Shown: piece after piece, positions 18,824-28,896 of the stretch
Position numbering within the stretch: position 1 is the stretch's first letter
Layout of the letters: each line of letters opens with the position of its first letter
From: Alphaproteobacteria bacterium
Lineage (GTDB): Bacteria; Pseudomonadota; Alphaproteobacteria; Rickettsiales; UBA1997
NCBI GenBank assembly: GCA_030835905.1
Contig: JAURQX010000055.1
Span: forward strand, 1 to 56,572
Length of the DNA: 56,572 bases
Direction: 5' to 3'
Notes under the pieces: generated by a model
What the model saw: only the letters and a program-made list of their open reading frames with translations
What the model was told of the DNA's origin: nothing
The model's database searches: none
Made by a program: the position numbers and the translations under genes

Positions 18824-19936
18824 CTATTCTTTGTTGTAAATCATCAAAACTCCAAAGGATAAACATAAAATTATCACCAGCCAGGTTGCAGCAAAATTTG
18901 GGATTAAGCCCGAAGAGCCAAGGCTTTCAAGAATCGTTGAGCTAACATAAATAACCAAACCAAAAATTATTCCTAAAAAAATCATTAAAGAATTTCTACG
19001 ATTACGAATATGACCAAGGCCAAAATAACAAGCGGTAAATGTCATAGCCACAAATAAAAATGGCTTACTGAGTAAGCTATAAAAATAAACTTTGAATTTA
19101 TTTGAAGAAAATCCTGAAGCTTCGAGGTCTGAAATTAAGCTTGGCAAATCAAAAATTGAGAAAAGCTTAACATTTTGAAAATTATTGACAATTTTTTGCT
19201 TAACAAAATCATGCTTAAGATCAGTAATAATAGTTACATCACCAGCATTCTGATTTATATTGTTATCGTCATTTATAATAGCATCTTTAATCAGCCAAAA
19301 TCCTTCTTTAAGAATCATATCCTTGCTATCTATCTTGCGATAAAATGAACCTTCTTTATTGAAAAAAAGAATTTTTACATGACTAAATTCGATTTTATCT
19401 TTATAAACTTTTTTAGCATTAATTATTATTTCCTCACCCGCAGCTTGTTTATTTTCTTGTCTAAGCCAAATACCATTTTTTGGTTCAACAGCTTCACGAA
19501 TTTCTTTATTAATGTATTGTCTTTCAATACTATTGAAGGATTTAGTCATATAAATTGAAATTGGACCAATAATCACTACCCAAAAAACCCCTAATACAAA
19601 AGCGGTAATTGCCATTGGCTTCAAAACTAGCCACAAAGAAAAACCACTCATGCGAATTATTGTTATTTCACTACGCGAAGAAAGAATAGCAAAAGTTATG
19701 ATTGCTGAAATTAAAATAAGAGAAGGAACAATATCGTTTAAAAAAGATGGGATTTGTAAAAATGCCATCTTAACGGCGATTATAAGTGAAGCTTCGGAAG
19801 ATCTAGCTTTATCCAAAGCATCAAGCAAATTAATAAAAAACATCAATAAAGCAAATATTGCTAAAATTTGTAAAAAGCGCCACAAAAAATCTTGAGCAAT
19901 ATATTTATTAATTTTTTTAATATTAACAATTAGCAC
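18824..19936 (-). CDS. lptG: LPS export ABC transporter permease LptG
   Basis: SEITIIRMSGFSLW, GIWLRQ, 3+3 TM layout, downstream of lptF. Confidence 0.88.
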   Translation of the reverse strand: MLIVNIKKINKYIAQDFLWRFLQILAIFALLMFFINLLDALDKARSSEASLIIAVKMAFLQIPSFLNDIVPSLILISAIITFAILSSRSEITIIRMSGFSLWLVLKPMAITAFVLGVFWVVIIGPISIYMTKSFNSIERQYINKEIREAVEPKNGIWLRQENKQAAGEEIIINAKKVYKDKIEFSHVKILFFNKEGSFYRKIDSKDMILKEGFWLIKDAIINDDNNINQNAGDVTIITDLKHDFVKQKIVNNFQNVKLFSIFDLPSLISDLEASGFSSNKFKVYFYSLLSKPFLFVAMTFTACYFGLGHIRNRRNSLMIFLGIIFGLVIYVSSTILESLGSSGLIPNFAATWLVIILCLSFGVLMIYNKE

Positions 19937-19942
19937 TTTTAC

Positions 19943-21007
19943 TTAATTTTTACTATATTTAAGGGCAATAAATAGAGCAGTTATAAGGTTTATATACAAA
20001 AATGGTGTAAATTTCGCTGAATTTTCGATTAATTCGTAGCTAACAATATTTAGCACCATAAATAATATACCACATAAACTAGCAAATACTATATTTTTTA
20101 AATTACCTCTTCGACTAAAATCACCAAATAAAATTGCTGCCGTTGCAATCATTGATAATACAATAGGCAGCAATGGATAGGTTAATCTTTCATGAATTTC
20201 TGATCTAATTTTCTTAATCCTATTTTCATCTAAATCATCCTCATAATTTATTAGTTCATGGAAATATCTTTCTTTGGCCTTCCACTGAACTTGGCTATCT
20301 TTGCCTTTATCCCTAGTTAAGTTAAAAACATAGCTATCAAAATTTAATATCTCACTATTATTTTTTTCATAGTTAAATCTTTGCACTGTACCATCTTCCA
20401 TAAAAAGATAGACACCATTTTGATTAGCAATTATTTCTCCTTTTTGCGCGGTAATAGTAATAGAGTATTTTTGAGAACGATCATCATTAAGCATAATGCC
20501 ATAAAGCTGATTATTTTGATCTCGATCTTTAATGTAAATTGTTAAGTCATTAATGGTTTCAAAAGTTTTAGGATTAAAAGCTAAACTTGCATAATTATTG
20601 GCAAAATCAATTCTCATCAATCTCATCTCTTTATTGGCCATTGGCATTAAGTAAAAAGAAGTTATAAAACAAAAGATTGAGGTCAAAATCGCCAAAAATA
20701 TTATTGGCTTTGAAATTTGCATTTTAGTAAGGCCAGAATTTTTAAGAATTGTAATTTCGTTAGTTTTGATCATACCACTATAAACCATGATCACTGCAAT
20801 AAACATCGAAACCGGTATAATAAATATTAACAGCCATGGTAAAATTAATATAAACAAGTAAAAAAACTTACCAATACCAATACCATTCTCGGTAATATAT
20901 CGCATAAATGCTATAGCACGACTAAACCATATCAACGTAATTAAAATTGATATTATTGCCAAAAATTGGTTTAGAGTTTTTTTGAATAAATAATTGAAAT
21001 ATAGCAT
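19943..21007 (-). CDS. lptF: LPS export ABC transporter permease LptF
   Basis: NEITILKNSGL, EIHERLTYPL, FSRRG. Confidence 0.88.
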   Translation of the reverse strand: MLYFNYLFKKTLNQFLAIISILITLIWFSRAIAFMRYITENGIGIGKFFYLFILILPWLLIFIIPVSMFIAVIMVYSGMIKTNEITILKNSGLTKMQISKPIIFLAILTSIFCFITSFYLMPMANKEMRLMRIDFANNYASLAFNPKTFETINDLTIYIKDRDQNNQLYGIMLNDDRSQKYSITITAQKGEIIANQNGVYLFMEDGTVQRFNYEKNNSEILNFDSYVFNLTRDKGKDSQVQWKAKERYFHELINYEDDLDENRIKKIRSEIHERLTYPLLPIVLSMIATAAILFGDFSRRGNLKNIVFASLCGILFMVLNIVSYELIENSAKFTPFLYINLITALFIALKYSKN

Positions 21008-21042
21008 TAAATAATGTTAGCTAAATGAATTATCCTGTTTTA

Positions 21043-21197
21043 AAGACCTCTCACAAATCAACCAATTTTGAGGAATTTTTATTTTTTAAATTTTAGCGTA
21101 TTAAGATATACGTGAATTTAAAAAATCAAATCATACAAAAATTAAAAAAATATTTGTAAGTAAAATTACTAAAATTCGTTGATTTGTGAGAGGTCTT
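21043..21197. repeat. Palindromic element A3 (diverged subfamily A copy)
   Basis: TIR AAGACCTCTCACAAATCAAC / GTTGATTTGTGAGAGGTCTT with compensatory changes relative to A2; same TTTTGAGGAATTTTTA and GCGTAT..ATACGTG core. Confidence 0.88.
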
Positions 21198-21211
21198 TTT
21201 ATGTAATTTTA

Positions 21212-21376
21212 ATATAGATAAGTCAATTAAGATTCAGACATTTTATATGAAAAAATTTTGAGATAGAAATTTAAGTTAAAGCCGCAGGAGTATTGGATAT
21301 AATTTAAGGTTTTAACTTGAATTTATAGCCAAAATTTGCCTTATAAAAGCCTGAATCTTAATTGACTTATCTATAT
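21212..21376. repeat. Palindromic element subfamily C (165 bp)
   Basis: Perfect 26-bp terminal IR ATATAGATAAGTCAATTAAGATTCAG; inner stem AAGTTAAA/TTTAACTT. Confidence 0.88.
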
Positions 21377-21471
21377 ATTATAATATATGTAATTATGTTA
21401 ATTTGTGAAATTAAAATTAATATAATTGATATAAAGCCAATCCAAAAAAATAATTAAATAATCAGTTAACA

Positions 21472-22653
21472 TTGAGCAAGAAACAAAAACAACCAACCAT
21501 TGCACAAATTATTCCATCACTTAATAGCGGTGGCGTTGAAAGAGGTGTAATTGATATTAGCATCTTCTTAAAAGAGCATAATTTTAGACCAATTGTTATA
21601 TCTTCAGGTGGTAAAATGTTGAATTTATTAAAAAAAAACAACATAACTCATATTAGATTTGATGTTAAAAGCAAAAATCCATTCAAAATCTATACAAATA
21701 TCAAAAATCTTCAAAAAATAATCAAAAAATATCAAATTGATATTATTCATGTTCGCTCTCGGGCACCGATGATAAGCGCATTTTTTGCTTGCAAAAAAAC
21801 TAAAACAAAACTTATTTCTACTGTTCATGGCACCTACTCCACGAATTTTATTTTTGGCAAAAATTCTTTGATTAAAAAATTGTATAATCAATTTATGTTA
21901 AAAGGAGATTTTGTAATAGCCGTTTCAAATTATATTAAGGATTATCTTAGCCAAAATTACCCAAAAAAATTCACTTTACTTAACGATGACAATTTTAAAG
22001 TAATTTCTCGTGGTGTAGATCTTGATAGCTTTAATCTAAAAAAAATTACCAAAAAAAGATGTGATGATTTAAAGCAAAAATGGCAGATCAAAAATGAAAA
22101 AAGAAAAATAATTTTTATGCCAGCACGTTTTACTTCATGGAAAGGGCATGAGTTTCTTATCGAAGCTTTAGCAAATATCAGAGAAGATTTTTTATGTATA
22201 ATGGCCGGATCGAACCATGGCCATGAAGATTATCAACAAAGATTAATAAAAAAAATAAAAGATCTTAGATTATCAAATAAAATTAAAATAGTTGAAAATT
22301 GTTCGGATATGCCGGCTGGCTATAAAATTTGCGATTTTGTAGTAGCGCCAAGCATTAGGCCAGAAGCTTTTGGCCGAATTCCAATTGAAGCAGGAGCTTG
22401 TCAAAAACCAGTTATTGCTACTAACATTGGTGGCTTTTTAGAAACAATTATTGACGGTAAAACTGGCTTTATTGTCGAGGTTAGTAATTTACAACAGCTA
22501 CAAATAGCGGTTAGCAAACTTCTTAATTTGAACTCAAAAGATCTAGAAAAAATAGGCTTAACAGCTCGCAAAAACATTGAAGAAAACTTTAGCAATAAAA
22601 AGATGTGCGAAAATACATTAGAAATATACAAAAAGCTGGTCACAAATTTATAA
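21472..22653 (+). CDS. Glycosyltransferase family 4
   Basis: GGVERG, HVRSRAP, TVHG, RFTSWKG, EAFG..PIEA (Ex7E). Confidence 0.92.
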   Translation: MSKKQKQPTIAQIIPSLNSGGVERGVIDISIFLKEHNFRPIVISSGGKMLNLLKKNNITHIRFDVKSKNPFKIYTNIKNLQKIIKKYQIDIIHVRSRAPMISAFFACKKTKTKLISTVHGTYSTNFIFGKNSLIKKLYNQFMLKGDFVIAVSNYIKDYLSQNYPKKFTLLNDDNFKVISRGVDLDSFNLKKITKKRCDDLKQKWQIKNEKRKIIFMPARFTSWKGHEFLIEALANIREDFLCIMAGSNHGHEDYQQRLIKKIKDLRLSNKIKIVENCSDMPAGYKICDFVVAPSIRPEAFGRIPIEAGACQKPVIATNIGGFLETIIDGKTGFIVEVSNLQQLQIAVSKLLNLNSKDLEKIGLTARKNIEENFSNKKMCENTLEIYKKLVTNL

Positions 22654-22663
22654 AAGCTAAGCA

Positions 22664-22837
22664 ATGCCAAGCTTCATCTTTAATGGTACATTTATTTAGC
22701 CATCTGGCTTTATCTTTTTGGACGAAAGAAAAAAATGATTGCCAATTTAATAATTTAGCGTAAATTGATTTTTTTTAATTTAAAAATCAAAATCACGCTC
22801 GAATTACCAAAATTCATTGGTTACAATAAAGGTCTTT
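22664..22837. repeat. Degenerate B-type left arm followed by degenerate A-type right half
   Basis: ATGCCAAGCTTCATCTTTAATGGTACATTT resembles B termini; TTTAGCGTA...AATTTAAAAATCAAA...AATTACCAAAATTC...GGTCTTT resembles A3. Confidence 0.55.
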
Positions 22838-22896
22838 ACTGTTATGTTTTTGAAATTTTACCATCCGCAATTAATGCTATTTTAGTTTTATAAAAA

Positions 22897-23787
22897 TTAA
22901 TTAATTACTATATTGTATTTCTCTGCTAGATATGATTCAACTTCCTGAGTCTCTTGAGTTGTTAAAGCCCTATCATAAGCTATAACTTCAGAGATTTGAC
23001 CCTTAAATCTAAATGAATTAACAGATCCTAATTTTGCACTCGAAAAAGAACTTATAGCATAAGTCGAACCAGATTTTGTTCCCAAATTACCTCCATTAAT
23101 TTTAAAGATTCTAAAACCACTAGATTTATCAAATGTTACAGAATGAATTAATTTAGTAGAGTATAGAGATCCGAGAGAAATATATGTATTATTATGCCAA
23201 TGCGAGTGTAATGCACTCCCTCCCGTCCAAAATCCCATAACTAAACATTGTCCCGTGGAACACCCAGTCTTACCAACCGCAAAATTATACTGATTAGTCG
23301 GCCTTGTACCTTTCATGACCATAAAAAATGAATAGCTATTTTGAGCCATGTATGATCCATCAAATAACAAATTATCATCAACTCCATCGAATTCAAGAGT
23401 CGGTAAACTGTTTAATCCGTTTTGGATGTAGAGAGGCCTTTGACTTGAATATTGCGTTTGGGTAGCATTATTGCCATTTTCTGATAAATCCTTCCAAATC
23501 TCAACGGTTTGACCATTTTGTGGCTTGGAATCAAAAGCCTTGTCAGAAGAAGCATCGAGCCATAATCTTAAACCATTTTGAGGAATTGGAACAGTAATAA
23601 CATCTGCTGCTTTAGTTTTATATTGAGCTGTCCATGATTGAGCAACTAAATCAGCTTTTTGAACTATTGTTTGAGTCTTGATAACAGCAACAGCAACAAC
23701 CGCAATCACTGCACAAGTTACAGCAAGCTCTGTCATTGTAAAAGCTGATATTTTTTGTGAAATTTTCTTTTTGCAATTACGTATCAT
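22897..23787 (-). CDS. Prepilin-type N-terminal protein with LamG/ConA-like jellyroll domain
   Basis: Basic leader, A|FTMTEL then hydrophobic helix (E at +5); LRLWLDAS, WKDLS, LPTLEFDG, FKGQISEVIAYDRAL..VESYL. Confidence 0.82.
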   Translation of the reverse strand: MIRNCKKKISQKISAFTMTELAVTCAVIAVVAVAVIKTQTIVQKADLVAQSWTAQYKTKAADVITVPIPQNGLRLWLDASSDKAFDSKPQNGQTVEIWKDLSENGNNATQTQYSSQRPLYIQNGLNSLPTLEFDGVDDNLLFDGSYMAQNSYSFFMVMKGTRPTNQYNFAVGKTGCSTGQCLVMGFWTGGSALHSHWHNNTYISLGSLYSTKLIHSVTFDKSSGFRIFKINGGNLGTKSGSTYAISSFSSAKLGSVNSFRFKGQISEVIAYDRALTTQETQEVESYLAEKYNIVIN

Positions 23788-23864
23788 AAACTTTTTAACA
23801 CCAATTCGATTTAAGAAATGAGATCAAAATTCAAAGATTTTAAGAGATTTGGCACTTAGAAATA

Positions 23865-24022
23865 ATACCATTTCTATAAATTAAATTCTCACTTAGGAAG
23901 TATTTTTGTTTTTAGATTTAGTTTTAAAGCGAAGTAATACCCCTGATATTTCAAGCTTTAAAACTAAAAAATAAAAACATAAAGACAAAAGTAAGTGAGA
24001 ATTGAATTTTTAGAAATGTTAT
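23865..24022. repeat. Palindromic element subfamily D (158 bp)
   Basis: Outer IR CATTTCTA.AAATT.AATTCTCACTTA / TAAGTGAGAATT.AATTT.TAGAAATG; perfect inner 14-bp stem TTTAGTTTTAAAGC / GCTTTAAAACTAAA; starts ATACCATTT like B. Confidence 0.8.
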
Positions 24023-24243
24023 AATACCAAATCCGATTTTTAGATAACCAATATTCAAAATATTTTTGAGATAAAATTTAAGAAAAACGAATGTAATATA
24101 TCCATATTTCATGAGGCTTTTCTTCAATGTCAAGACCCATATCAATTAGTTTTTTTAAGACAAACTGGGGTTTTTAGACAAAATTAGAGATAAGTAAGCC
24201 AAATCAAAAATATTGCAATACATTTAGTGGGTAGATTTTGAGA

Positions 24244-25164
24244 TTAAGCAATATCATCGCCAAAAACCCTTTGAAAAAGCTCGCTTACCACGATCTTTTC
24301 ATCATGGCTAACTTTATTATAAAAGGATAGCTTAAAAGCCTGCCTAATATTGTTAAAAATTTCGATATTCTTACCCCACGACAGCAATGTTCTCATGGAA
24401 ATGAGACTTGTTAAGTCATTATTTTTGAACGCCTCTCTGGTAAAATTAGCCATTTGCACCATATTTTTAGCTAAATTTTTATCATTTTTTGCTAAATTTG
24501 GTAATTTCTTTTGTAAAATTATTATTTCGCGCTCTGGCTCAAGATAATTTAGGTTCGCCAAAATATTCCAACGATCCATCTGCGCTTGATTAATCAAATT
24601 TGCCCCATGATAAATTCCCATATCATCGCCGTCCCCCAAAGTATTTGAAGTAGCGAAAAGACGAAAATTTTTATGCGGGGTTAAAACTTCGTTTTCTTCT
24701 AAAAGTGCAAATTTACCCTCTTCTTCTAATAATCTTTGAATTATAAAAGCAACGTCACTGCGAATCGCGTCATATTCATCAAAAACCAAAGCTAAGCCGT
24801 TATTAATAGCAAAAGGTAAAATTCCTTCTTTAAATTCAGTAATTTGCTTACCATCTTTGATTTTAATAATATCCTTACCCACTAGATCAAGGCGGGTAAT
24901 TTGTGAATCAAAATTAACGCGCAAACATGGCCAATTCAATCTAGCAGCAATTTGCTCAATATGAGTTGACTTACCAGTACCATGCATACCTTGCACCAAA
25001 ACTCGCTGATTAAAAACAAAACCAGCTAGAATAGCTTTAGTTGTAACTTCATCAAAAAAATAATTTTGATCAATTTTAGGAACAAAAGTTGATTTTTCCT
25101 CAAAAGTACTAACTTCAAAGTCACATTCAAAGCCAAAAACTTCTAAACAATTAATTTTTTTCAT
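24244..25164 (-). CDS. cobS: AAA+ ATPase, cobaltochelatase CobS family
   Basis: GMHGTGKSTHIEQIAARLNWP, LVFDEYDA, FRLFATSNTLG, INQAQMDRW. Confidence 0.88.
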   Translation of the reverse strand: MKKINCLEVFGFECDFEVSTFEEKSTFVPKIDQNYFFDEVTTKAILAGFVFNQRVLVQGMHGTGKSTHIEQIAARLNWPCLRVNFDSQITRLDLVGKDIIKIKDGKQITEFKEGILPFAINNGLALVFDEYDAIRSDVAFIIQRLLEEEGKFALLEENEVLTPHKNFRLFATSNTLGDGDDMGIYHGANLINQAQMDRWNILANLNYLEPEREIIILQKKLPNLAKNDKNLAKNMVQMANFTREAFKNNDLTSLISMRTLLSWGKNIEIFNNIRQAFKLSFYNKVSHDEKIVVSELFQRVFGDDIA

Positions 25165-25871
25165 GATGAAATTCTTTTTAAAACTTCTTGATAACCAGCC
25201 ACTAAATCTCCCAAATCACGACGAAAAATATCCTTATCAAATTTTTGCCTAGTTTTAACATCCCATAAACGACAACTATCTGGGCTAATTTCATCAGCGA
25301 GGTGAATTTTATCATTTTTATCAAGGCCAAATTCTATTTTAAAGTCAACCAAATCCAAACCAGCCCTTAAAAAACTTTCAATTAAAATTTGATTAATTTT
25401 AAAAGCGTAATTTTTGATTTGTGTCAATTTTTGCTCATTAATTATTTTTAAAACTTTAATAGCATGATCATCATTAATGAGGGGATCTCCCAACTCATCC
25501 TTTTTATAGCAAATTTCAAAAATTGGACTTAGTAAACCCTGACCCTCCTCAAGACCTAATCTTTTTGCCATTGAACCAGCTGCAATATTGCGAATAATTA
25601 CCTCAAGGGGAATAATCTTTAATTTTTTAATCAGCTGCTCTCGATCATTAATTTTTTTTATAAAGTGACAAGGAATATTGGCTTGAATAATTTTACCCAT
25701 TAAAATCTCTGATATTTTGTTATTCAAAATCCCCTTATTTTCGATCACAGCTTTTTTTTGAGCGTTAAAAGCAGTAGCATCATCTTTAAAATATTGGATA
25801 AGTTGATCTGGATCATCAGTGCTATAAATTATTTTAGCCTTGCCTTCATATATTTTTTGTAATTTTTGCAT
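25161..25871 (-). CDS. purC: SAICAR synthase
   Basis: YEGKAK, FKDDATAFN, LVDFKIEFG, ADEISPDSCRLWD. Confidence 0.96.
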   Translation of the reverse strand: MQKLQKIYEGKAKIIYSTDDPDQLIQYFKDDATAFNAQKKAVIENKGILNNKISEILMGKIIQANIPCHFIKKINDREQLIKKLKIIPLEVIIRNIAAGSMAKRLGLEEGQGLLSPIFEICYKKDELGDPLINDDHAIKVLKIINEQKLTQIKNYAFKINQILIESFLRAGLDLVDFKIEFGLDKNDKIHLADEISPDSCRLWDVKTRQKFDKDIFRRDLGDLVAGYQEVLKRISS

Positions 25872-25876
25872 AAAGA

Positions 25877-26416
25877 TTAATTTTTCTTACCTAATAAATT
25901 CATGGTTATTTTTGGATATGATGAGTTGTAGTGCAACCAAATATCAACAAATTCACGAGCAAATTCCTTATCTTCTATCTTACCGTTAAATTGCGAATTA
26001 TGATAAAATCTTAAAACACCATGAGGAAAATAAACTACAGTTTTAGTGTCTCCTTTAAAAACATCATTAAAAACTCGCAGCATATCTTTTTTATAGTCTT
26101 TTTCTTTTTGGTCTGAAATTTTATAGTTTTTACGAATTTCCACAATTGACCTATCAATCAAATCATCCTTTCCAAAAAATTTATTATATTTAATGCTAAT
26201 TGCAAATTTTTGATTATAAGAAAATTCTTCTGATTGACTCCAAAGAGCTATATCATAGATTTTAAAACCAAAAAACTTTAACTGATCACTACCCAATAAT
26301 CTTGGATTATCAATGTTTTTTGCTATTTCTTTAGGAGGAATTTGATCATCAAAAGCTATTGCCAAAGAATTTTTACTAAAAAAAATTATTAATAAAAAAT
26401 AGCTAAAAAATCGCAT
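25877..26416 (-). CDS. Chalcone isomerase-like exported protein
   Basis: Signal peptide; FFGFKIYDIALW, V.KGD, FAREFVDIWL...P...LLG. Confidence 0.75.
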   Translation of the reverse strand: MRFFSYFLLIIFFSKNSLAIAFDDQIPPKEIAKNIDNPRLLGSDQLKFFGFKIYDIALWSQSEEFSYNQKFAISIKYNKFFGKDDLIDRSIVEIRKNYKISDQKEKDYKKDMLRVFNDVFKGDTKTVVYFPHGVLRFYHNSQFNGKIEDKEFAREFVDIWLHYNSSYPKITMNLLGKKN

Positions 26417-26423
26417 AAATTAA

Positions 26424-27653
26424 TTAACTTAAAATTTTTTCTAAAACCCTTTTTAACCAATTTGACTGAGTATCTGTTAGCCTTTTATTAGATTCTTTTA
26501 CGTAAATTTGTCGCAAAAATTCAATCATACCTAAAGAACAGCTATTAGCGTTATTAAAAACATCTGGGAACTTGGTTTTAATATTTTTCGGATAGCCGAC
26601 ACGAACATTTTTATAAAAAATATCCGCAACCACTTTATCAATCCCAATCGTAGTCGTAGCTCCACCAGTGATGACAATATTATTTATCATATCAATTTTA
26701 ATTGAAGATTTTAGTAAAACATCTTTTACTCCTAAAAAAATTTCCTCTAACCTAGCCTGCATAATGTCACGAAATTCTTCTCTGGTTATGTTTATAACTT
26801 CACCATTTAGACTTCCATGAACCATTCTAATGAGTTCTCGCCTTTCTATATTACTTACAATCAAAGAAGAATTAAGATTTTTTACTTTTTCAGCTTCATT
26901 AACATCAATATTTAAAATCATTGATATATCTTTAGTGACATTAAAACCACCATATTTAACAGCATTTGTATAAATTATTTTCTCATCATTATATAGGCAA
27001 AAAGAAGTAAAGTGACTGCCAATATCAATTAGTAAGGTTCTTAGAGATTTTTCATCTTCATCCAAGCAGGATAATGATGAGGCATAGCAATCTACAATAT
27101 AACTACTTACCGAGATTTGACATTTTTTTAGACAGTTTTCAATATTTTGTATGATTAACTTTGGAATAGAAATTACATGAAATTTTGAAGTAATTATATT
27201 ACCCACCATATGCATCGGATTATCCACAGGGTAAGAACCATCAATGCTGTATTGCATGGGAATTAAATGTATAATTTCACGATTTCTTTTTTTATATTCA
27301 GCTCTGATTTTTTCAGTAAGACTAATTACATCACATCTTCTGACACTATCAGAAGATATTTTGGTTCTTACTTCTCTATGATTTGAAATAGTTTGAATTG
27401 CCGAAATACCAACCAAAACTTCATCAATATTAATTCCCGCCATCTTTTCGGCTTGTGACACTGCATTAATTATTGATTTTTGAGCTTGTCTCATATCAGT
27501 GATAGCACTACCCACAATGCCCTTGGACTCTTTTACACCATGACCAATAATTTCAATTGCTTCACCCTTAATGGCCGCAATCATACAAACTACTTTAGAA
27601 GATCCCATATCTAAACAGGCTACAATCTTCTCATTTTTAAAGTTTGTAATCAT
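26424..27653 (-). CDS. ftsA: Cell division protein FtsA
   Basis: LDMGSSKVVCMI, AEKMAG, GG..VTKDI, ARLEEI, VITGGA. Confidence 0.92.
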   Translation of the reverse strand: MITNFKNEKIVACLDMGSSKVVCMIAAIKGEAIEIIGHGVKESKGIVGSAITDMRQAQKSIINAVSQAEKMAGINIDEVLVGISAIQTISNHREVRTKISSDSVRRCDVISLTEKIRAEYKKRNREIIHLIPMQYSIDGSYPVDNPMHMVGNIITSKFHVISIPKLIIQNIENCLKKCQISVSSYIVDCYASSLSCLDEDEKSLRTLLIDIGSHFTSFCLYNDEKIIYTNAVKYGGFNVTKDISMILNIDVNEAEKVKNLNSSLIVSNIERRELIRMVHGSLNGEVINITREEFRDIMQARLEEIFLGVKDVLLKSSIKIDMINNIVITGGATTTIGIDKVVADIFYKNVRVGYPKNIKTKFPDVFNNANSCSLGMIEFLRQIYVKESNKRLTDTQSNWLKRVLEKILS

Positions 27654-27664
27654 TTATTAAAAAT

Positions 27665-28672
27665 TTAAGAATTTGCCATTTTAATTAATTTGGCATTTAA
27701 TTTATGCCAAAGCCTAATTGGTAATGCTGGAGCCCCACCTACAACTTGCATTGGCTCTACATCTCGCATTACACCACTCATACCCGCAATTTTAGCCCCG
27801 TCACCGATTTTAATATGTCCACCAATTCCAACGCTACCGCCGATTTGGACAAACTTGCCAATTTCAGCGCTGCCCGCAATTGCTCCACAACCAGCCATCA
27901 CAGTTCCTTGACCAATAACCACGTTATGAGCAATTTGATTAAGATTATCAATTTTCACACCATCGCAAATTATTGTATTTTCAATAGCTCCACGGTCAAT
28001 ACAACAATTAGCACCAATTTCAACATCATTGCCAATTTCAACAATACCGATTTGTATAATTTTGTGATTGACACCTTTGTCATGAGCAAAACCAAAACCA
28101 TCTTGGCCGATTTTAGCGCCATTATGAATTATACAACCACTTTTCATTACACAAAATGAAATTACAACATTGGCATTAATCATACAATTGTCACCTATGA
28201 CGCAACCATCAAGAATTGATGAGTTTGGTCCAATTACACAATTTTCACCAATTTCAACATTTTTACCAATGTAGGCATTTGGTGCGATTTTACAATTTTT
28301 ACCAATTTTTGCAGTTTTATGAATTAACTTTTCACCAAAATCTGAGATATTTTCTTGATAAAATTCAGCAACAATTTGCGAATAAGCAAAATAAGGATTT
28401 TCATGCTCCAAAATAATCATTTCAGCTGGTGCTTTTTCTTTAAATTTAGCTTGAGCAAAGCAAAAACCTGCATTTGAAATAGTAAAATTTTCTAAATATT
28501 GACCAGCATTAATAAATGATAAATCATCCTTGTCAGCATTTTTTAGGGTTGCAACATTTTTAACCATCTTACTCAAATCAACTTCATTACTAACTTTACA
28601 ATTAGTAATTTTTATAATTTGTGCAATTGTTAACTCAGTTTGTTTTTTACTAAAAAAACGATCTCTTAACAT
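27665..28672 (-). CDS. lpxD: UDP-3-O-acylglucosamine N-acyltransferase
   Basis: Hexapeptide repeats, [12 protein letters not shown], KIDNLxQIAHNV. Confidence 0.95.
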   Translation of the reverse strand: MLRDRFFSKKQTELTIAQIIKITNCKVSNEVDLSKMVKNVATLKNADKDDLSFINAGQYLENFTISNAGFCFAQAKFKEKAPAEMIILEHENPYFAYSQIVAEFYQENISDFGEKLIHKTAKIGKNCKIAPNAYIGKNVEIGENCVIGPNSSILDGCVIGDNCMINANVVISFCVMKSGCIIHNGAKIGQDGFGFAHDKGVNHKIIQIGIVEIGNDVEIGANCCIDRGAIENTIICDGVKIDNLNQIAHNVVIGQGTVMAGCGAIAGSAEIGKFVQIGGSVGIGGHIKIGDGAKIAGMSGVMRDVEPMQVVGGAPALPIRLWHKLNAKLIKMANS

Positions 28673-28769
28673 TATTTTTTATTATAATTTTTAAACAAAC
28701 TAAATGCTATTTAGCAATTGATCACAGTAAATTCAATTTTACAAAAAATTTCTTAGCGTTATTTTTTGC

Positions 28770-28896
28770 ATTTAATGCTTAGAAAAATAAGATTTTTTGA
28801 GGAATTTTTAGCTATTAAAATCTTAGCCTACATTGATGTAGGTGGATTTTAATAGCGACAAAATTACCAAAAAAGATAATTTTATAAGTATTAAAT
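28770..28896. repeat. Palindromic element subfamily E (127 bp)
   Basis: Outer ATTTAATGCTTA/TAAGTATTAAAT, inner GCTATTAAAATC/GATTTTAATAGC, apical CCTACA-ttga-TGTAGG; shares TTTTGAGGAATTTTTAG and ACAAAATTAC with subfamily A. Confidence 0.8.

Noticed and set aside
23951-24145. 64-aa minus-strand ORF
   Set aside because: Overlaps palindromic element D; composition looks like translated AT-rich non-coding DNA
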